DNA of 64,000 nucleotides from an uncultured Actinomycetota bacterium (GTDB lineage: Bacteria > Actinomycetota > Actinomycetes > Propionibacteriales > Nocardioidaceae), in assembly GCA_963761965.1 (NCBI GenBank), contig CAVXIX010000013.1, positions 84,880 through 148,879 of the forward strand, in the 5' to 3' direction. A model generated the notes under the pieces. That model saw nothing but the letters and a program-made list of their open reading frames with translations. It had not been told where the DNA came from and did not search any database. The position numbers were made by a program, and so were the translations under genes. Position 1 is the first letter of the stretch. The number at the start of each line of letters is the position of its first letter. Shown piece after piece: positions 10,995 through 24,640 of the stretch.

Positions 10995-12190
10995 CTAGCG
11001 CGCCAGCATCCTGCGCGGGTTGATGACGCCGTAGCCAGACCTCGTGTCGTAGCCCTGCGCGCCGATGTCGTCGGCGGTCGACTGGATCAGTGAGCGGACG
11101 GTCGCCTGCCTGGCGCCCGAGCCGAGCTTGGCGATCTCGAGCGCCGCGGCCGCGGCCGCGTAGCGGCGAAGCCATCGACGTGCCGGAGAGCGTGCAGTAG
11201 CTCGGCGGGCAGCCGCAGGTCGGGATGCGGGCTTGGCGATCATGGTCGACACGATGCCGCTGCCGGGAGCCGACGACGTCGACCCAGTTCCCGCAGCTGG
11301 AGTAGGAAGCAACTGATCGCGCGGAGGTGATCGCGCCGACCCCGAGCACCCCGTCGTAAGCCGCCGGGATAGCTCGTCGGCGAGCCGAGCAGGAACCCGC
11401 ACCCGTCGTTGCCGGCCGCGGCCACCACGACGACGTTCTTGGAGATCGCGTATGCCACGGCAGCCCGCCCGGCGCTGTCGGCCGGGTCGACGACAGCGAG
11501 AGGTTGATGACCTTGGCGCCGTGGTCGACGGCCCACACGATGCCCTTGGCGACGTTGGCGGAGTCGCCCACGCCCGTGCGGTCGAGCACGCGGATCGGCA
11601 GGATCTTGGTGTTCGGCGCGAGCCCCGCGATGCCACGCCCGTTGTTGGGGATCGCCGTGATGATGCCCGCGACGTGCGTGCCGTGACCGTTCTCGTCCGA
11701 CGGCGGCGTGCCCGGCGCCACGAAGTCACGGCCCGTCAGGACGTGGCCCTGGAGCTCGAAGTGCCCGCGCGCACGCCCGTGTCGATGACCGCGACGACGA
11801 CCCCGCGGCCGGTCGACGTCTTCCACACCGTCTCGGCTCCGAGCCGGGTGAGAGCCCACTGCCGTGAACGTAGGTGTCGTTCGAGAGGTCGATGCTCACC
11901 TCGTGCGCGATGTCGACACCGATCGTGGACGACTTCCTGAGTCCCGAGATGATCAGGTCGAGCGCCCTCGAACGGGTCGAGGCGACCGCCGTGGTGATCT
12001 GCGGCGCGCCCGAGGTGCGAGTCGTGGTGACGACCTTGAGCGGCGCCGGGCGCCGCCGTTGCGAGGATCTTCGGCCGCCTTCCGCAGGGTCGCGCCGGAC
12101 CGGATCGTCGGAGGCCGCGGAACTCGACGTGCTCGCAGCGACCAGCGCCACGCCCAGCACCACCGATGCGGCGATTCGTCTGATCCGCAT
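10995..12190 (-). CDS. Secreted S8 (subtilase) serine peptidase (frameshifted)
   Basis: Signal peptide [19 protein letters not shown]; triad VAVIDTG / NGHGTHVAG / GTSMASP; AAAGND. Confidence 0.9.
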
Positions 12191-12316
12191 GCGCACTCCG
12201 GTCACCTCTCGTCCTCTTGAACAACGCTTGCGTTACCCCCTGCAGTTACGTACTGACGACAACCCGCCGGCTGAATCCGGCCGCCCGCAGCGCCGGTTGC
12301 CGATATCGTGCTCGGC

Positions 12317-13132
12317 ATGGTGGCCACTCGAGCAAGTGACGCCGACCGCGACAGCTGCCTTGAGGACATCGAAGCCGCCTACGCGGACGGCCGGATCAAC
12401 GACGCCGAGCGCGAGCAGCGTACGCAGGCCGCGCTGCAGGCGACGACGCTCGCCGAGCTGGCTGACCTCGTCGCCGACCTGGGGCCGGCCGCGAAGCTGC
12501 CGACCAAGGTCGCCGCCGCGCTGTCCCTCAAGAGGCCCGCCCGCGGCCGGTGGGCTCTCGCCCCGCTTCCTGCGCAGCCTGCTGCTCGTGTCGCTGGTCC
12601 CCGCGGTGATCGCCGTGGTCGTCTGGATCTCGAAGGCCGGCGACGACGACCAGGCGACACGCCGGGACGGCGGCGCAGCAGCCGTCACCCAAGGGCGGCT
12701 CGAGCTGCACACCGCCGAGGGCTTCGCGCGGCTCGTGGCCCTGACCAGGGCCAAGTTCGGCACCACGATGGTCGACTCCGCGGCGATCTATCCCGACTAC
12801 GCGAGCATCACCATCGTCATGACCGACGACCCTCGGCGCACCGAGAACTGGTACTTCGCCAAGGGCTTCGAGGGCGAGCCGAGCAAGGGCACCCGTCCGG
12901 CCGATGCCGCGACGATCGACCTCGCGTCGGTCAACCCGCGGCGTACGCCCGGGCGGTCAAGCGCTCACCCGCGGTGCTGGGCGTCGAGGACGTCACCTCG
13001 ACGTACGTCGTCATCCACGACACCGGCGGCGAGCCGTCGTTCTCGGTCTACGTGTCGAACGAGTACAGCGAGAACGGCTACTGGACGTTCACGCTGGACG
13101 GCAAGGAGATCCGCCGCTACGCGTTCGAGTGA
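12317..13132 (+). CDS. DUF1707 (SHOCT-like) single-pass membrane protein, paralog 2 (frameshifted)
   Basis: RASDADRD...AYADGRINDAEREQR...ATTLAELADLVADL; TM; IYPDYA and GYWT motifs. Confidence 0.75.
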   Translation: MVATRASDADRDSCLEDIEAAYADGRINDAEREQRTQAALQATTLAELADLVADLGPAAKLPTKVAAALSLKRPARGRWALAPLPAQPAARVAGPRGDRRGRLDLEGRRRRPGDTPGRRRSSRHPRAARAAHRRGLRAARGPDQGQVRHHDGRLRGDLSRLREHHHRHDRRPSAHRELVLRQGLRGRAEQGHPSGRCRDDRPRVGQPAAYARAVKRSPAVLGVEDVTSTYVVIHDTGGEPSFSVYVSNEYSENGYWTFTLDGKEIRRYAFE

Positions 13133-13600
13133 GCTCGGGCGCGGTCCGGGACGCGGCTCGCGCCAGCGGACGACGCTGTAGGCCAGCAGGCCCCAGGCGG
13201 CGATCGCTGACGCCCACAGGCCGATCGCGGTGCCCCAGCCATGAGCGGGGAGCTCCGGACCGAAGCCGACGCTGAGGATCGAGAACTCCGGGATCTCCGG
13301 GCTGACCCACCACACGAAGCCCAGCGCGACGAGCCACACCCCGCCAAGGAAGCTGACGAAGATCCGCGGCCAGGTCGCGACGCCGTACTTGGCCGCGTCG
13401 ACGGCCTTGCGCCTCAGCGGATCCAGCATCTTCTGGGCCCATGCGTGGCGGCGGGACAGCAACGAGACGCCGGCGACGACGATCAACATGCCGGGCCCGG
13501 GCAGGGGCATCAGGATGATGCCGACGGGGATGAGCGTCCAGCCGAGAATTTCCACGCCAAGACGCTCGAACCAGCTCTTCAAGGCGGTCCCGACGCCCAT
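13117..13600 (-). CDS. PGPGW-like small membrane protein (3' end approximate)
   Basis: GWTLIPVGIILMPLPGPGMLIVVAG; several TM segments. Confidence 0.7.
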
Positions 13601-13712
13601 GCCGCAATTCTGCCATTGGTCACAACAGAAACGCCAGAACCCGGAGAGAAATCCAAGAACCAGGGTCATCCCCGATGAGGTGGCGGGCCCGGGTGCGGGT
13701 CGACCCGGAGGA

Positions 13713-14402
13713 TCAGAGCGAGACGAAGATGTGAACGGCCGCCTCGGCGTCGATCTCGGCGGTCTCGCCCTGCCGGGCCACGACCAGGCCGTCGTGGCCC
13801 TGCGACACGAGGACGTCGTTGCCGGGCAGCGCTCCGACCCGGCGCAGCACCGACATGACCTCGGTGTCCTTCTGGAGCTCCTCGGCGATGCGGCGCACCA
13901 CGAGGCGGATGGGCTCGACCGCGCCACTGACGGCCTTGGTCATCGGCTGGACGCCCTCGAGGAAGTCGGCGTCCTTGCCGAGCTCACCCAGCTCGGAGAG
14001 CCCGGGGATCGGGTTGCCGTACGGCGACTCGGTGGGGTGCTCGAGCAGCTCGACGAGGCGGCGCTCGACCTGCTCGGACATGACGTGCTCCCAGCGGCAG
14101 GCCTCCTCGTGGACGTACTCGATCTCGAGGCCGATGATGTCGGTCAGGAGGCGCTCGGCGAGGCGGTGCTTGCGCATCACGCGGGTCGCGAGCTGGCGGC
14201 CCTTGGGCGACAGCTCGAGGTGGCGGTCCCCCTCGACCGTGAGCAGGCCGTCGCGCTCCATGCGGGCGACTGTCTGGCTGACCGTCGGCCCGCTCTGGTG
14301 GAGGCGCTCGGCGATGCGCGCGCGCAACGGGATGATGCCCTCCTCTTCCAGCTCGTAGACCGTGCGGAGGTACATCTCGGTGGTGTCGATCAGCTCGCTC
14401 AC
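13713..14402 (-). CDS. ideR: Iron-dependent repressor IdeR/DtxR family
   Basis: LIDTTEMYLRTVYELEEEG...RARIAERLHQSGPTVSQTVARMERDGL...MRKHRLAERLL...HEEACRWEHVMS. Confidence 0.92.
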   Translation of the reverse strand: MSELIDTTEMYLRTVYELEEEGIIPLRARIAERLHQSGPTVSQTVARMERDGLLTVEGDRHLELSPKGRQLATRVMRKHRLAERLLTDIIGLEIEYVHEEACRWEHVMSEQVERRLVELLEHPTESPYGNPIPGLSELGELGKDADFLEGVQPMTKAVSGAVEPIRLVVRRIAEELQKDTEVMSVLRRVGALPGNDVLVSQGHDGLVVARQGETAEIDAEAAVHIFVSL

Positions 14403-14510
14403 CACGCCATTGTTCCACGTCGTGCGACATCGTCGTGACGTCCGACGTCCGCGCCGCACAGAGGCCGGAGCGGGGCGCCGACCGCCCCGGCGTACGTCCT
14501 AGGGTGGTCC

Positions 14511-15227
14511 GTGGTCACGATTCCCGGGCAGTTCAACGGTCCCCTCCACTCCGGCAACGGCGGCTACGTCGCCGGCCTGCTCGCCCAGGAGCTCGGCGGC
14601 CAGGAGCCCGTCACGTCGACCCTGCGCATACCGCCACCGCTCGACGTGCCGCTCAGCTGGGAGCGCGACGGCAGCGAGGTGCGGCTCCTGACCGCCGGCG
14701 GAGCCGTCGTGGGCAGCGCGTCACCCGGCAGCTTCACGCGCGACGTGCCGCCGTGCCCGACGCCCGAGGAGGCCGCAGCCGGGCTCGCGCACTATCCCGG
14801 CTTCGCGCACCACCCGTTCGACCACTGCTTCACGTGCGGCACGGCCCGCGACGAGGGCGACGGGCTGCGCCTGTTCGCCGGCCCGGTCGACCCCGCGAAG
14901 CCAGGCCTCACCGCGGCGCCGTGGACTCCGCACGAGGCGTTCGGCGGCCACGACGGCGCACTCGACCTGCCCGTCGCCTGGGCGGCGCTGGACTGCCCCG
15001 GCGGGTGGGCCGCCGACTTCAGCCGCAACACCATGGTGCTCGGCCGCATGACGGCCCAGGTCGACCGGCGGCCGCGCGTCGGCGAGCCGTGCATCGCGGT
15101 CGGTCACCTGCACGCGCAGGAGGGCCGCAAGTTCCTGACCGACACCGCGCTCTACGCCGAGGACGGCGAGCTGCTGGGGCGCGCGGAGCAGATCTGGATC
15201 CTGATCGACATCGCCGCCTTCTCCTGA
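14511..15227 (+). CDS. Double hot-dog (thioesterase-like) hypothetical protein
   Basis: FNGPLHSGNGGY, CFTCG, WAALDCPGGW, EGRK; intact ORF. Confidence 0.65.
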   Translation: MVTIPGQFNGPLHSGNGGYVAGLLAQELGGQEPVTSTLRIPPPLDVPLSWERDGSEVRLLTAGGAVVGSASPGSFTRDVPPCPTPEEAAAGLAHYPGFAHHPFDHCFTCGTARDEGDGLRLFAGPVDPAKPGLTAAPWTPHEAFGGHDGALDLPVAWAALDCPGGWAADFSRNTMVLGRMTAQVDRRPRVGEPCIAVGHLHAQEGRKFLTDTALYAEDGELLGRAEQIWILIDIAAFS

Positions 15228-15262
15228 CGCAGGGCCGCGGACCCGTGGCGTAAATTCGTCGC

Positions 15263-16549
15263 GTGACACGGCGTCCCTTCTCCCGCCTCTTCGCCGACAC
15301 GCGACCACTGCGCAACCAGCACTTCCGCCGGCTGTGGCTCGCCAACATCGTCACGGTCATCGGCGCGCAGCTGACCGTCGTCGCCGTGCCGGCCCAGATC
15401 TATGCCGACACCGGCTCCTCGGCGTACGTCGGCCTCGCCGGCGTCTTCGGCCTCGTGCCGCTGATCGTGTTCGGCCTGTACGGCGGCGCGCTCGCGGACG
15501 TGTTCGACCGGCGCACGCTGCTGATCATCACGACCGCCGGCCTGATCGTCACCAGCGGGCTGTTCTGGCTGCAGGCCGCCGCCGGCAGCACCAACGTCTG
15601 GCTCCTGCTCGTCGCTGTTCGCGGTGCAGCAGGCGTTCTTCGCGGTCAACCAGCCGACCCGCAGCGCGGTGCTGCCCAAGATGGTCGAGCCGCACCTGCT
15701 GCCGGCCGCCAACTCGCTCAACATGACCGTCGCGATGGCCGGCGGCATCGCCGGGCCGCTGGTCGCCGGCATCCTGATCCCGGTCATCGGCTTCGAGTGG
15801 CTCTACCTCATCGACACCTTCACGCTGTTCGCCACGCTCGGGGCCGTCGTACGCCTGCCGCGGCTCCCGGTGCTCGACGCGGCGGCCGGCGCGCCCGGCG
15901 TCCGCGCCGTCGTCGACGGCTTCCGCTATCTGCGCACGCAGCCCGTTCTGATGATGTCGTTCGTCGTCGACCTCATCGCGATGGTCTTCGGCATGCCCCG
16001 CGCGCTGTTCCCCGAGATCGCGCACGTCGACTTCGGCGGGCCGGAGAACGGTGGCATCGTGTTCGCGCTGCTGTTCGCCGCGATCCCGGCCGGCGCGGTC
16101 ATCGGCGGGGTCTTCAGCGGCTGGGTGTCGCACGTCGAGCACCAGGGCCGCGCCGTCGTCGTCTCCATCGCGCTGTGGGGCCTGGCGATGACCGGCTTCG
16201 GCGTCGCGGTCGCGCTCGCCGACCAGTGGCGTACGCCGATGCTGGTCGTCGCGCTGCTGATGCTGGTGCTCGGCGGCGCGGCCGACATGGCGTCGGCAGC
16301 GTTCCGGATGAGCATGCTGCAGTCGGCCGCCGACGACGCCCTGCGCGGCCGGCTGCAGGGCGTCTTCATCGTCGTCGTGGCCGGCGGCCGCGCATCGCCG
16401 ACACCCTGCACGGCGCGACTGCGGCCGCCGTCGGCACGGCGGCGGCTTCTGCCGGCGGCGGCGTGCTGGTCGTCGTGGGCGTCGTGCTCGTGTCGCTGCT
16501 CGTGCCGTCGTTCGTCCGCTACCGCATCAGCCGGCAGCTGCGGGGCTGA
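15263..16549 (+). CDS. MFS transporter, EntS-like (frameshifted)
   Basis: ADTRPLR...FRRLW, GGALADVFDRR, GMPRALFP, LRGRLQG; many TM helices. Confidence 0.85.
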   Translation: MTRRPFSRLFADTRPLRNQHFRRLWLANIVTVIGAQLTVVAVPAQIYADTGSSAYVGLAGVFGLVPLIVFGLYGGALADVFDRRTLLIITTAGLIVTSGLFWLQAAAGSTNVWLLLVAVRGAAGVLRGQPADPQRGAAQDGRAAPAAGRQLAQHDRRDGRRHRRAAGRRHPDPGHRLRVALPHRHLHAVRHARGRRTPAAAPGARRGGRRARRPRRRRRLPLSAHAARSDDVVRRRPHRDGLRHAPRAVPRDRARRLRRAGERWHRVRAAVRRDPGRRGHRRGLQRLGVARRAPGPRRRRLHRAVGPGDDRLRRRGRARRPVAYADAGRRAADAGARRRGRHGVGSVPDEHAAVGRRRRPARPAAGRLHRRRGRRPRIADTLHGATAAAVGTAAASAGGGVLVVVGVVLVSLLVPSFVRYRISRQLRG

Positions 16550-16600
16550 CCCGTACGGGTCCGGGGGCCGGGTGCCTCCTCCCGGGCCCATACTGAGCGG

Positions 16601-16893
16601 ATGGCCAGGACACGCGTACGCCGCGAGCTCACGACCGAGCAGGTCCAGCGCTGGGTCGTCTCGTTCCTGATCCTCGCGGTCTCGGCCTTCCCGCTCGGCG
16701 CGCTGGTGGCGGTGATCCGCAGCATCGTCGACGACGGCCGCCGCGGCGACGGCATCATCCTGCTCGTCGTCATGGCGGTCATCGGGATCGTGGCCCTCGG
16801 CGCGATCCGCCTCGTCCACCGCCGGCCCGCGTTCGCCCGTGGATCCTGCTCGGCGCGCTGCCCGCCGTCGTCGCGGGCTTCTTCGTTCTCTAG
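16601..16893 (+). CDS. Small membrane protein, hypothetical (frameshifted at 3' end)
   Basis: Two to three hydrophobic segments; CATACT -10 hexamer 6 nt before ATG. Confidence 0.55.
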
Positions 16894-17556
16894 TGCTGGA
16901 GGTCGCTGACCAGCGGCGAGAACCTCGACCGCCGGGCAGCGAGCTCGAGGGACGCCACGTCCGGTGCGGCAGACACCGGACGAACGCCCACGACGGTGCG
17001 AATGATCAGCACCGGGATCAGGGCCAGTGCGAGCAGCACCAGCAACAGCCACGAGGCGCGACCGAACGTGTCGGTCGTCATCGCCGCGACGGCGCCGACG
17101 GTCGAGCCGCCTCCGACGTACGCCGCCGACCAGGTCGCGGAGCCCGCGAGCGATGCCGGCGCGAACCGGCGGTACTCCAGGCCGGAGGCGCCGGCGGCGG
17201 CCGGCGTGAGCGTACGCACGACGGGCACGAGCCGGGTCGCGAACACCGCGAGCCCGCCGCGCCGGCGCAGCAGGTCGGTCGCGCGGTCGTAGTGGCGTAC
17301 GCCCAGGCGCTTGACCGCCTTGGTCTCGCGCAGCGTGTCGCCGTAGCGGCGGCCGAGGAGGTAGCCGACGTGGTCGCCGAGGCTGGCGCCGAGCATGACG
17401 GCGACGCCCAGCATGACCATCTCGGCCGGCGAGCCCATCGTCGCGGCGAGGACGACGACCGCGGTCTCGCCGGGCAGCACGATGCCGAGGCCCGAGCCCC
17501 GACTCGGCGAAGGCCAGGCCGAAGCCCAGCGCGAGCGTCAGCGCGATAGCGGTCAT
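16890..17556 (-). CDS. DedA/VTT family membrane protein (frameshifted)
   Basis: [33 protein letters not shown]. Confidence 0.85.
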
Positions 17557-17628
17557 GCCCCCACGGTGACGCGGCGACATGAAGCGACGACCGCCCCGAG
17601 GTGGATGCGGCGTGAACGCCGGCGGCGA

Positions 17629-18496
17629 TCAGTCGCCTTCGAGCAGTCCCAGCAGGTAGTCGCCGTAGCCGCTCTTGGCGTACGCCTCGGCCTGCAGCCG
17701 CAGGCCGTCGTCGCTCAGCAGCCCCTTGCGCCAGGCCGCTTCCTCCGGGCAGCCGATCGACAGGCCCTGCCGCTTCTGCACCGTGCGGATGAACTCGCCG
17801 GCCTCGCCGAGCGAGTCGAACGTCCCGGTGTCGAGCCAGGCGACGCCGCGCTCCAGGACCTCGACGCGCAGCCGGCCGGCCTCGAGGTAGCGGCGGTTGA
17901 GGTCGGTGATCTCGAGCTCGCCGCGCGCCGACGGCTCGAGGTCGGCGGCCATCTCGACGACGTCGTTGCTGTAGAAGTACAGGCCCGGCACGGCGTAGTG
18001 GCTCTTGGGGACGGCCGGCTTCTCCTCCAGCGAGATCGCGACGCCGGACTCGTCGAACTCGACGACGCCGGACGCCGACGGGGTCGGCGACGCGGTAGCC
18101 GAAGATCACCGCGCCGTCGATGTCGGTGAACTTCGCCAGCTGCGTGCCGAGACCCGCGCCGTAGAAGATGTTGTCGCCGAGGACGAGGGCGGCCGGCTCG
18201 TTGCCGATGTGGTCCTTGCCGATGACGAACGCCTGCGCGAGCCCGTCGGGGCTGGGCTGCACGGCGTACGTGATCGAGATGCCGAACTGCGAGCCGTCGC
18301 CGAGGAGGTGCTCGAACTGGGCGGCGTCGTGCGGAGTCGTGATGACCAGGACGTCCGTGACGCCCGCCAGGATCAGCGTCGACAGCGGGTAGTAGATCAT
18401 CGGCTTGTCGTAGACCGGGAGCAGCTGCTTGCTCACGGCACGCGTGACGGGGTGCAGTCGTGAGCCGGTGCCACCGGCCAGGATGATTCCGCGCAT
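17629..18496 (-). CDS. rfbA: Glucose-1-phosphate thymidylyltransferase RmlA (frameshifted)
   Basis: [14 protein letters not shown]...[18 protein letters not shown]...[10 protein letters not shown]...WLDTGT. Confidence 0.95.
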
Positions 18497-18510
18497 GCGG
18501 CACATCCTAG

Positions 18511-20905
<2,395 letters not shown>

Positions 20906-20909
<4 letters not shown>

Positions 20910-21552
20910 GGCGCCAGGCGGTCGCGGCGCCAGCCGTCGCCGGTGCTGACGTACCGCAGGCGGTCGTGCAGGCGGCTCTGCCGGCCCTGCCAGAACTCGA
21001 CGGACTCGCAGCGCGATGCGATAGCCGCCCCAGATCGGCGGGCGTATGACGTCCTGGCCGTCGAAGACCTGCGCGACCTCGGTGACCCTCTGCTCCAGCA
21101 CCTCGCGGCCCGAGATGACGCGGGACTGCGGCGAGGCGACGGCACCGATCTGCGAGCCGCGCGGCCGCGAGGCGAAGTAGGCGTCGGACTCCGCCTCGTC
21201 GATCCGGGTCACGCCGCCCTCGACGCGTACCTGGCGCTGCAACGGGTGCCACAGCATCACCGCGGCCGCCCGCGGGTTGGCCTCGAGCTCGAGCGCCCTT
21301 GCGCGACTCGTAGCCCGTGAAGAACGTCAGTCCTCGATCGTCGAGCCCCTTGAGCAGCACGATGCGCACCGAGGGCTGCCCGTCGGGTGTCGCGGTCGCG
21401 AGCGCCATGGCGTTGGGCTCGTAGACCCCGGCGTCGATCGCCTCGTTGAGCCAGCGGCCCAGCAGCGCCAGTGGATCGTCGCCGGCAGCGGCCTCGTCGA
21501 GCCCGTCGCGGGCGTACTCCTCGCGCATCCGCGCCAAATCAGGGGTCTCCAT
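20906..21552 (-). CDS. pdxH: Pyridoxamine 5'-phosphate oxidase (frameshifted)
   Basis: [53 protein letters not shown]. Confidence 0.93.
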
Positions 21553-21588
21553 GACTCCACGGTAACCACGCAGGGCAGAATGCAACGT

Positions 21589-22695
21589 ATGACTGAAGTG
21601 CACCACGGACTTGAAGGCGTCGTTGCGTTCGAGAGCGAGATCGCCGAACCCGACAAGGAAGGGTCCGCACTGCGCTATCGCGGTGTCGACATCGACGACC
21701 TCGTCGGCCGCGTGCCGTTCGAGAAGATCTGGGGCCTGCTCGTCGACGGCGCCTACGAGCCGGGCCTCCCGCCCGCCGAGCCGTTCCCGATCCCGGTCCA
21801 CTCCGGCGACATCCGCGCCGACGTACAGAGCGCGATCGCGCTGACCGCCCCCGCCTGGGGCATGAAGCAGCTCTACGACATCGACGATGTCCAGGCCCGA
21901 GAGGACCTTGCCCGCGCCGCGGTCATGGTCCTTTCGTATGTCGCCCAGGCCGCGCGCGGCGTCGGCCAGCCGATGGTCTCGCAGAGCGAGATCGACAAGG
22001 CCGGCACGATCACCGAGCGGTTCCTCACCCGCTGGCGCGGCGAGGTCAACCCCGATCACGCCAAGGCGATCGACGCCTACTGGGTCTCGGCCGCCGAGCA
22101 CGGCATGAACGCCTCGACCTTCACTGCCCGGGTCATCGCCTCGACCGGCGCCGATGCCGCCGCTGCCCTGTCCGGAGCCGTCGGCGCGATGTCCGGCCCG
22201 CTGCACGGCGGCGCCCCGGCCCGCGTGCTGACGATGATCGAAGAGGTCGAGAAGTCCGGCGACGCCACGGCGTACGTCAAGGGGCTGCTCGACAGCGGCG
22301 AGCGGCTGATGGGCTTCGGTCACCGCGTCTACCGTGCCGAGGACCCGCGCGCGCGCACCCTGCGACGTACGGCCAAGGAGCTCAACGCTCCCCGCGCCGA
22401 GGTCGCGATCGCGCTCGAGGAGGCCGCGCTCAAGGAGCTCCGCGAGCGTCGTCCCGACCGCGTCCTCGAGACCAACGTCGAGTTCTGGGCGGCGATCGTC
22501 CTCGACTACGCCGAGGTCCCGCCGCACATGTTCACCGCGATGTTCACCTCGGCCCGCACGGCCGGCTGGAGCGCGCACATCCTCGAGCAGAAGCGCACGG
22601 GTCGCCTGATCCGCCCCTCGGCGATCTACACCGGCCCGGCTTCGCGCCGCGCCGACGAGGTCGAGGGCTGGGACCCCGCCTGGGCGAGTGCCTGA
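21589..22695 (+). CDS. citA: Citrate synthase 2
   Basis: GLEGVVAF, AEHGMNASTF, GPLHGGA, LMGFGHRVYRAEDPR, TNVEF; intact. Confidence 0.93.
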   Translation: MTEVHHGLEGVVAFESEIAEPDKEGSALRYRGVDIDDLVGRVPFEKIWGLLVDGAYEPGLPPAEPFPIPVHSGDIRADVQSAIALTAPAWGMKQLYDIDDVQAREDLARAAVMVLSYVAQAARGVGQPMVSQSEIDKAGTITERFLTRWRGEVNPDHAKAIDAYWVSAAEHGMNASTFTARVIASTGADAAAALSGAVGAMSGPLHGGAPARVLTMIEEVEKSGDATAYVKGLLDSGERLMGFGHRVYRAEDPRARTLRRTAKELNAPRAEVAIALEEAALKELRERRPDRVLETNVEFWAAIVLDYAEVPPHMFTAMFTSARTAGWSAHILEQKRTGRLIRPSAIYTGPASRRADEVEGWDPAWASA

Positions 22696-22735
22696 CAGCG
22701 GTTACTGACCTTCGGCCCCACGAGCGATGCGCCCC

Positions 22736-22757
22736 GTCCTCCGACCTGCGGGAGGAC
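22736..22757. terminator. Hairpin between convergent citA and ABC permease
   Basis: GTCCTCC-N8-GGAGGAC inverted repeat. Confidence 0.45.
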
Positions 22758-22779
22758 AGGCACCGCCTCGCGTGCGGTC

Positions 22780-23590
22780 CTACAGGACGGTCTTGGTGAC
22801 GGTGCGGACGCCGACCCGAGGCCGACCGCGGCCGTCACGATCGCGGCGACGATGCCGTAGACCACGGCGCTGTCGTCGAACGTGCCGGAGAACAGCACGC
22901 GCTCGGCGTCGACGATGTAGGTCAGCGGGTTCAGCTTCGAGAGCGCCTGCATCCAGTCCGGCCCGGTCTCGAGCGGCAGCATCATGCCCGAGAGGATCAG
23001 CAGCGGGAACAGCAGCGACTGCTGCACCGCCCAGAAGATCCACTCGTTCTTGCGGGTCGCGATCGCCAGGGCGTACGACAGCGCGCCGACGCCGACGCCG
23101 AAGACGCCGAGGACAGCAGGCCGACGACGACGTGGGCCGGGAACAGGTCGAAGCCGAACGGCACCGCGACCAGCGTGATGATCGCCGCCTGGACCACGAG
23201 CGGGGTCAGCTCCTTGAGGGCCCGGCCGATGAGCAGCGCCGGCCGGGCCAGCGGCGTGGCGAGGATCCGCTCGAAGGCGCCGGTCATGATCTCGTACTGC
23301 AGGTTGGCGCCGGTCATCGACGTCCCGAACATCGTGATCATCACGACGACACCCGGCAGGAACCACTGCAGCGACGAGCCGAAGCCCAGCCCGCCCTCGC
23401 CGGCGACGCCGGAGAGCAGCGGGCCGAACAGGCCGAGGAAGACGAGCGGCTGGAGCAGCGAGAAGATCAGCGAGAACGGGTCGCGCAGGATCGTGAGGGA
23501 CTCGCGCGTCCAGACGGCCTTGATGTCGCCCAGCAGCGAACGATGGGCAATGCGTGCCGAGGTGGCGGCGGAATCGAGGATGGTGCTCAT
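22780..23590 (-). CDS. ABC-2 exporter permease, DrrB-like (frameshifted)
   Basis: LLQPLVFLGLFGPLL, GAFERILATPL, LNPLTYIVDAER. Confidence 0.85.
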
Positions 23591-24548
23591 GCTTCTGCTC
23601 CTTCGCGCAGGCTGCGTCCGGTGAGGTTGAGGAAGACGTCGTCGAGGGTCGGTTGCTTCAGCGTCGCCGCCTTCACGGCCACGCCCTTGTCGCCGAGCGC
23701 TGCAGCACGCCGGGCAGGGCGACCGGTCCGGCGTCGACCCGGAACGAGATCGCAGTGTCGCCGTCGGCCGGCACCTCCTCGATCTCGGACCCGGCCTGGC
23801 CGACGACCTCGCGGGTCGTCGGCAGGTCGTCGGCACCGACCGTGACGGTGATCCGGTCGCCGGCCTGCTCGGCCTTGAGCGCATCGGCGGTGTCGTCCGC
23901 GATGATCTGGCCGTGGTCGATCACGACCACCCGCTCGGCCATCGTGTCGGCCTCCTCGAGGTAGTGCGTCGTGAGCACGATCGTGGTGCCGAACTCCTCG
24001 CGCAGCCGCAGGATGTGCTCCCAGAGGTTGGCCCGGTTCTGCGGGTCCATGCCGGTCGACGGCTCGTCGAGGAACAGCAGCGCCGGCTCGTGGATCAGGC
24101 CCAGCGCGATGTCGAGCCGCCGCTTCTGGCCGCCCGACAGCGTGCTGACCTTGCGCATCTTCATGCCGTCGAGGTCGAGCGTCGCCGAGCAGCTCCTCGG
24201 CCCGCTGCGGCGGCCGCTGCTTGTCGAGCCCGTAGAAGCGGCCCTGCATCAGGAGCTCGTCCCAGACGCGGTAGTTGTGGCCGGCCCCGTCCTTCTGGCC
24301 GATGTAGCCGATGCGGCTGCGTACGCCTGCGGGGTCGGCGGTGACGTCGATGCCGGCGACCGTCGCCGTGCCGGAGGTCGGCGGCAGCAGGCTCGTGAGC
24401 ATGCGCAGCGTCGTCGACTTGCCGGCGCCGTTGGGGCCGAGGAAGGCGACGAGCTCGCCCTCGGCGACGTCGAGGTCGATCCCGCGCACCGCCTCGACCT
24501 CTCCTTCCCGGACTCGAACGTCCGGGTCAGCTGCTGGGTGTGAATCAT
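23587..24548 (-). CDS. ABC exporter ATP-binding protein, DrrA-like (frameshifted)
   Basis: GPNGAGKST, LSGGQKRRLD, FLDEPSTG, LTTHYLEEA, PTLDDVFL. Confidence 0.9.
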
Positions 24549-24562
24549 GTGAGTCCCTTTTC

Positions 24563-24606
24563 CGTACGTCGTACTGAATACTGATTATTACATCATACGG
24601 TGTACG
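24563..24606. promoter_or_regulatory. Two TAC-N3-GTA palindromic operators between divergent ABC and TetR genes
   Basis: CGTACgtcGTACT (24563-24575) and CATACggtGTACG (24594-24606). Confidence 0.6.
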
Positions 24607-24640
24607 GTGTGACAAGAACTGCGACGAAAAAGGACACGCG

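Noticed and set aside
14403-16549. IdeR-regulated siderophore export unit (ideR next to an EntS-like MFS)
   Set aside because: No TTAGGTTAGGCTAACCTAA-like IdeR box upstream of either gene and no siderophore genes nearby
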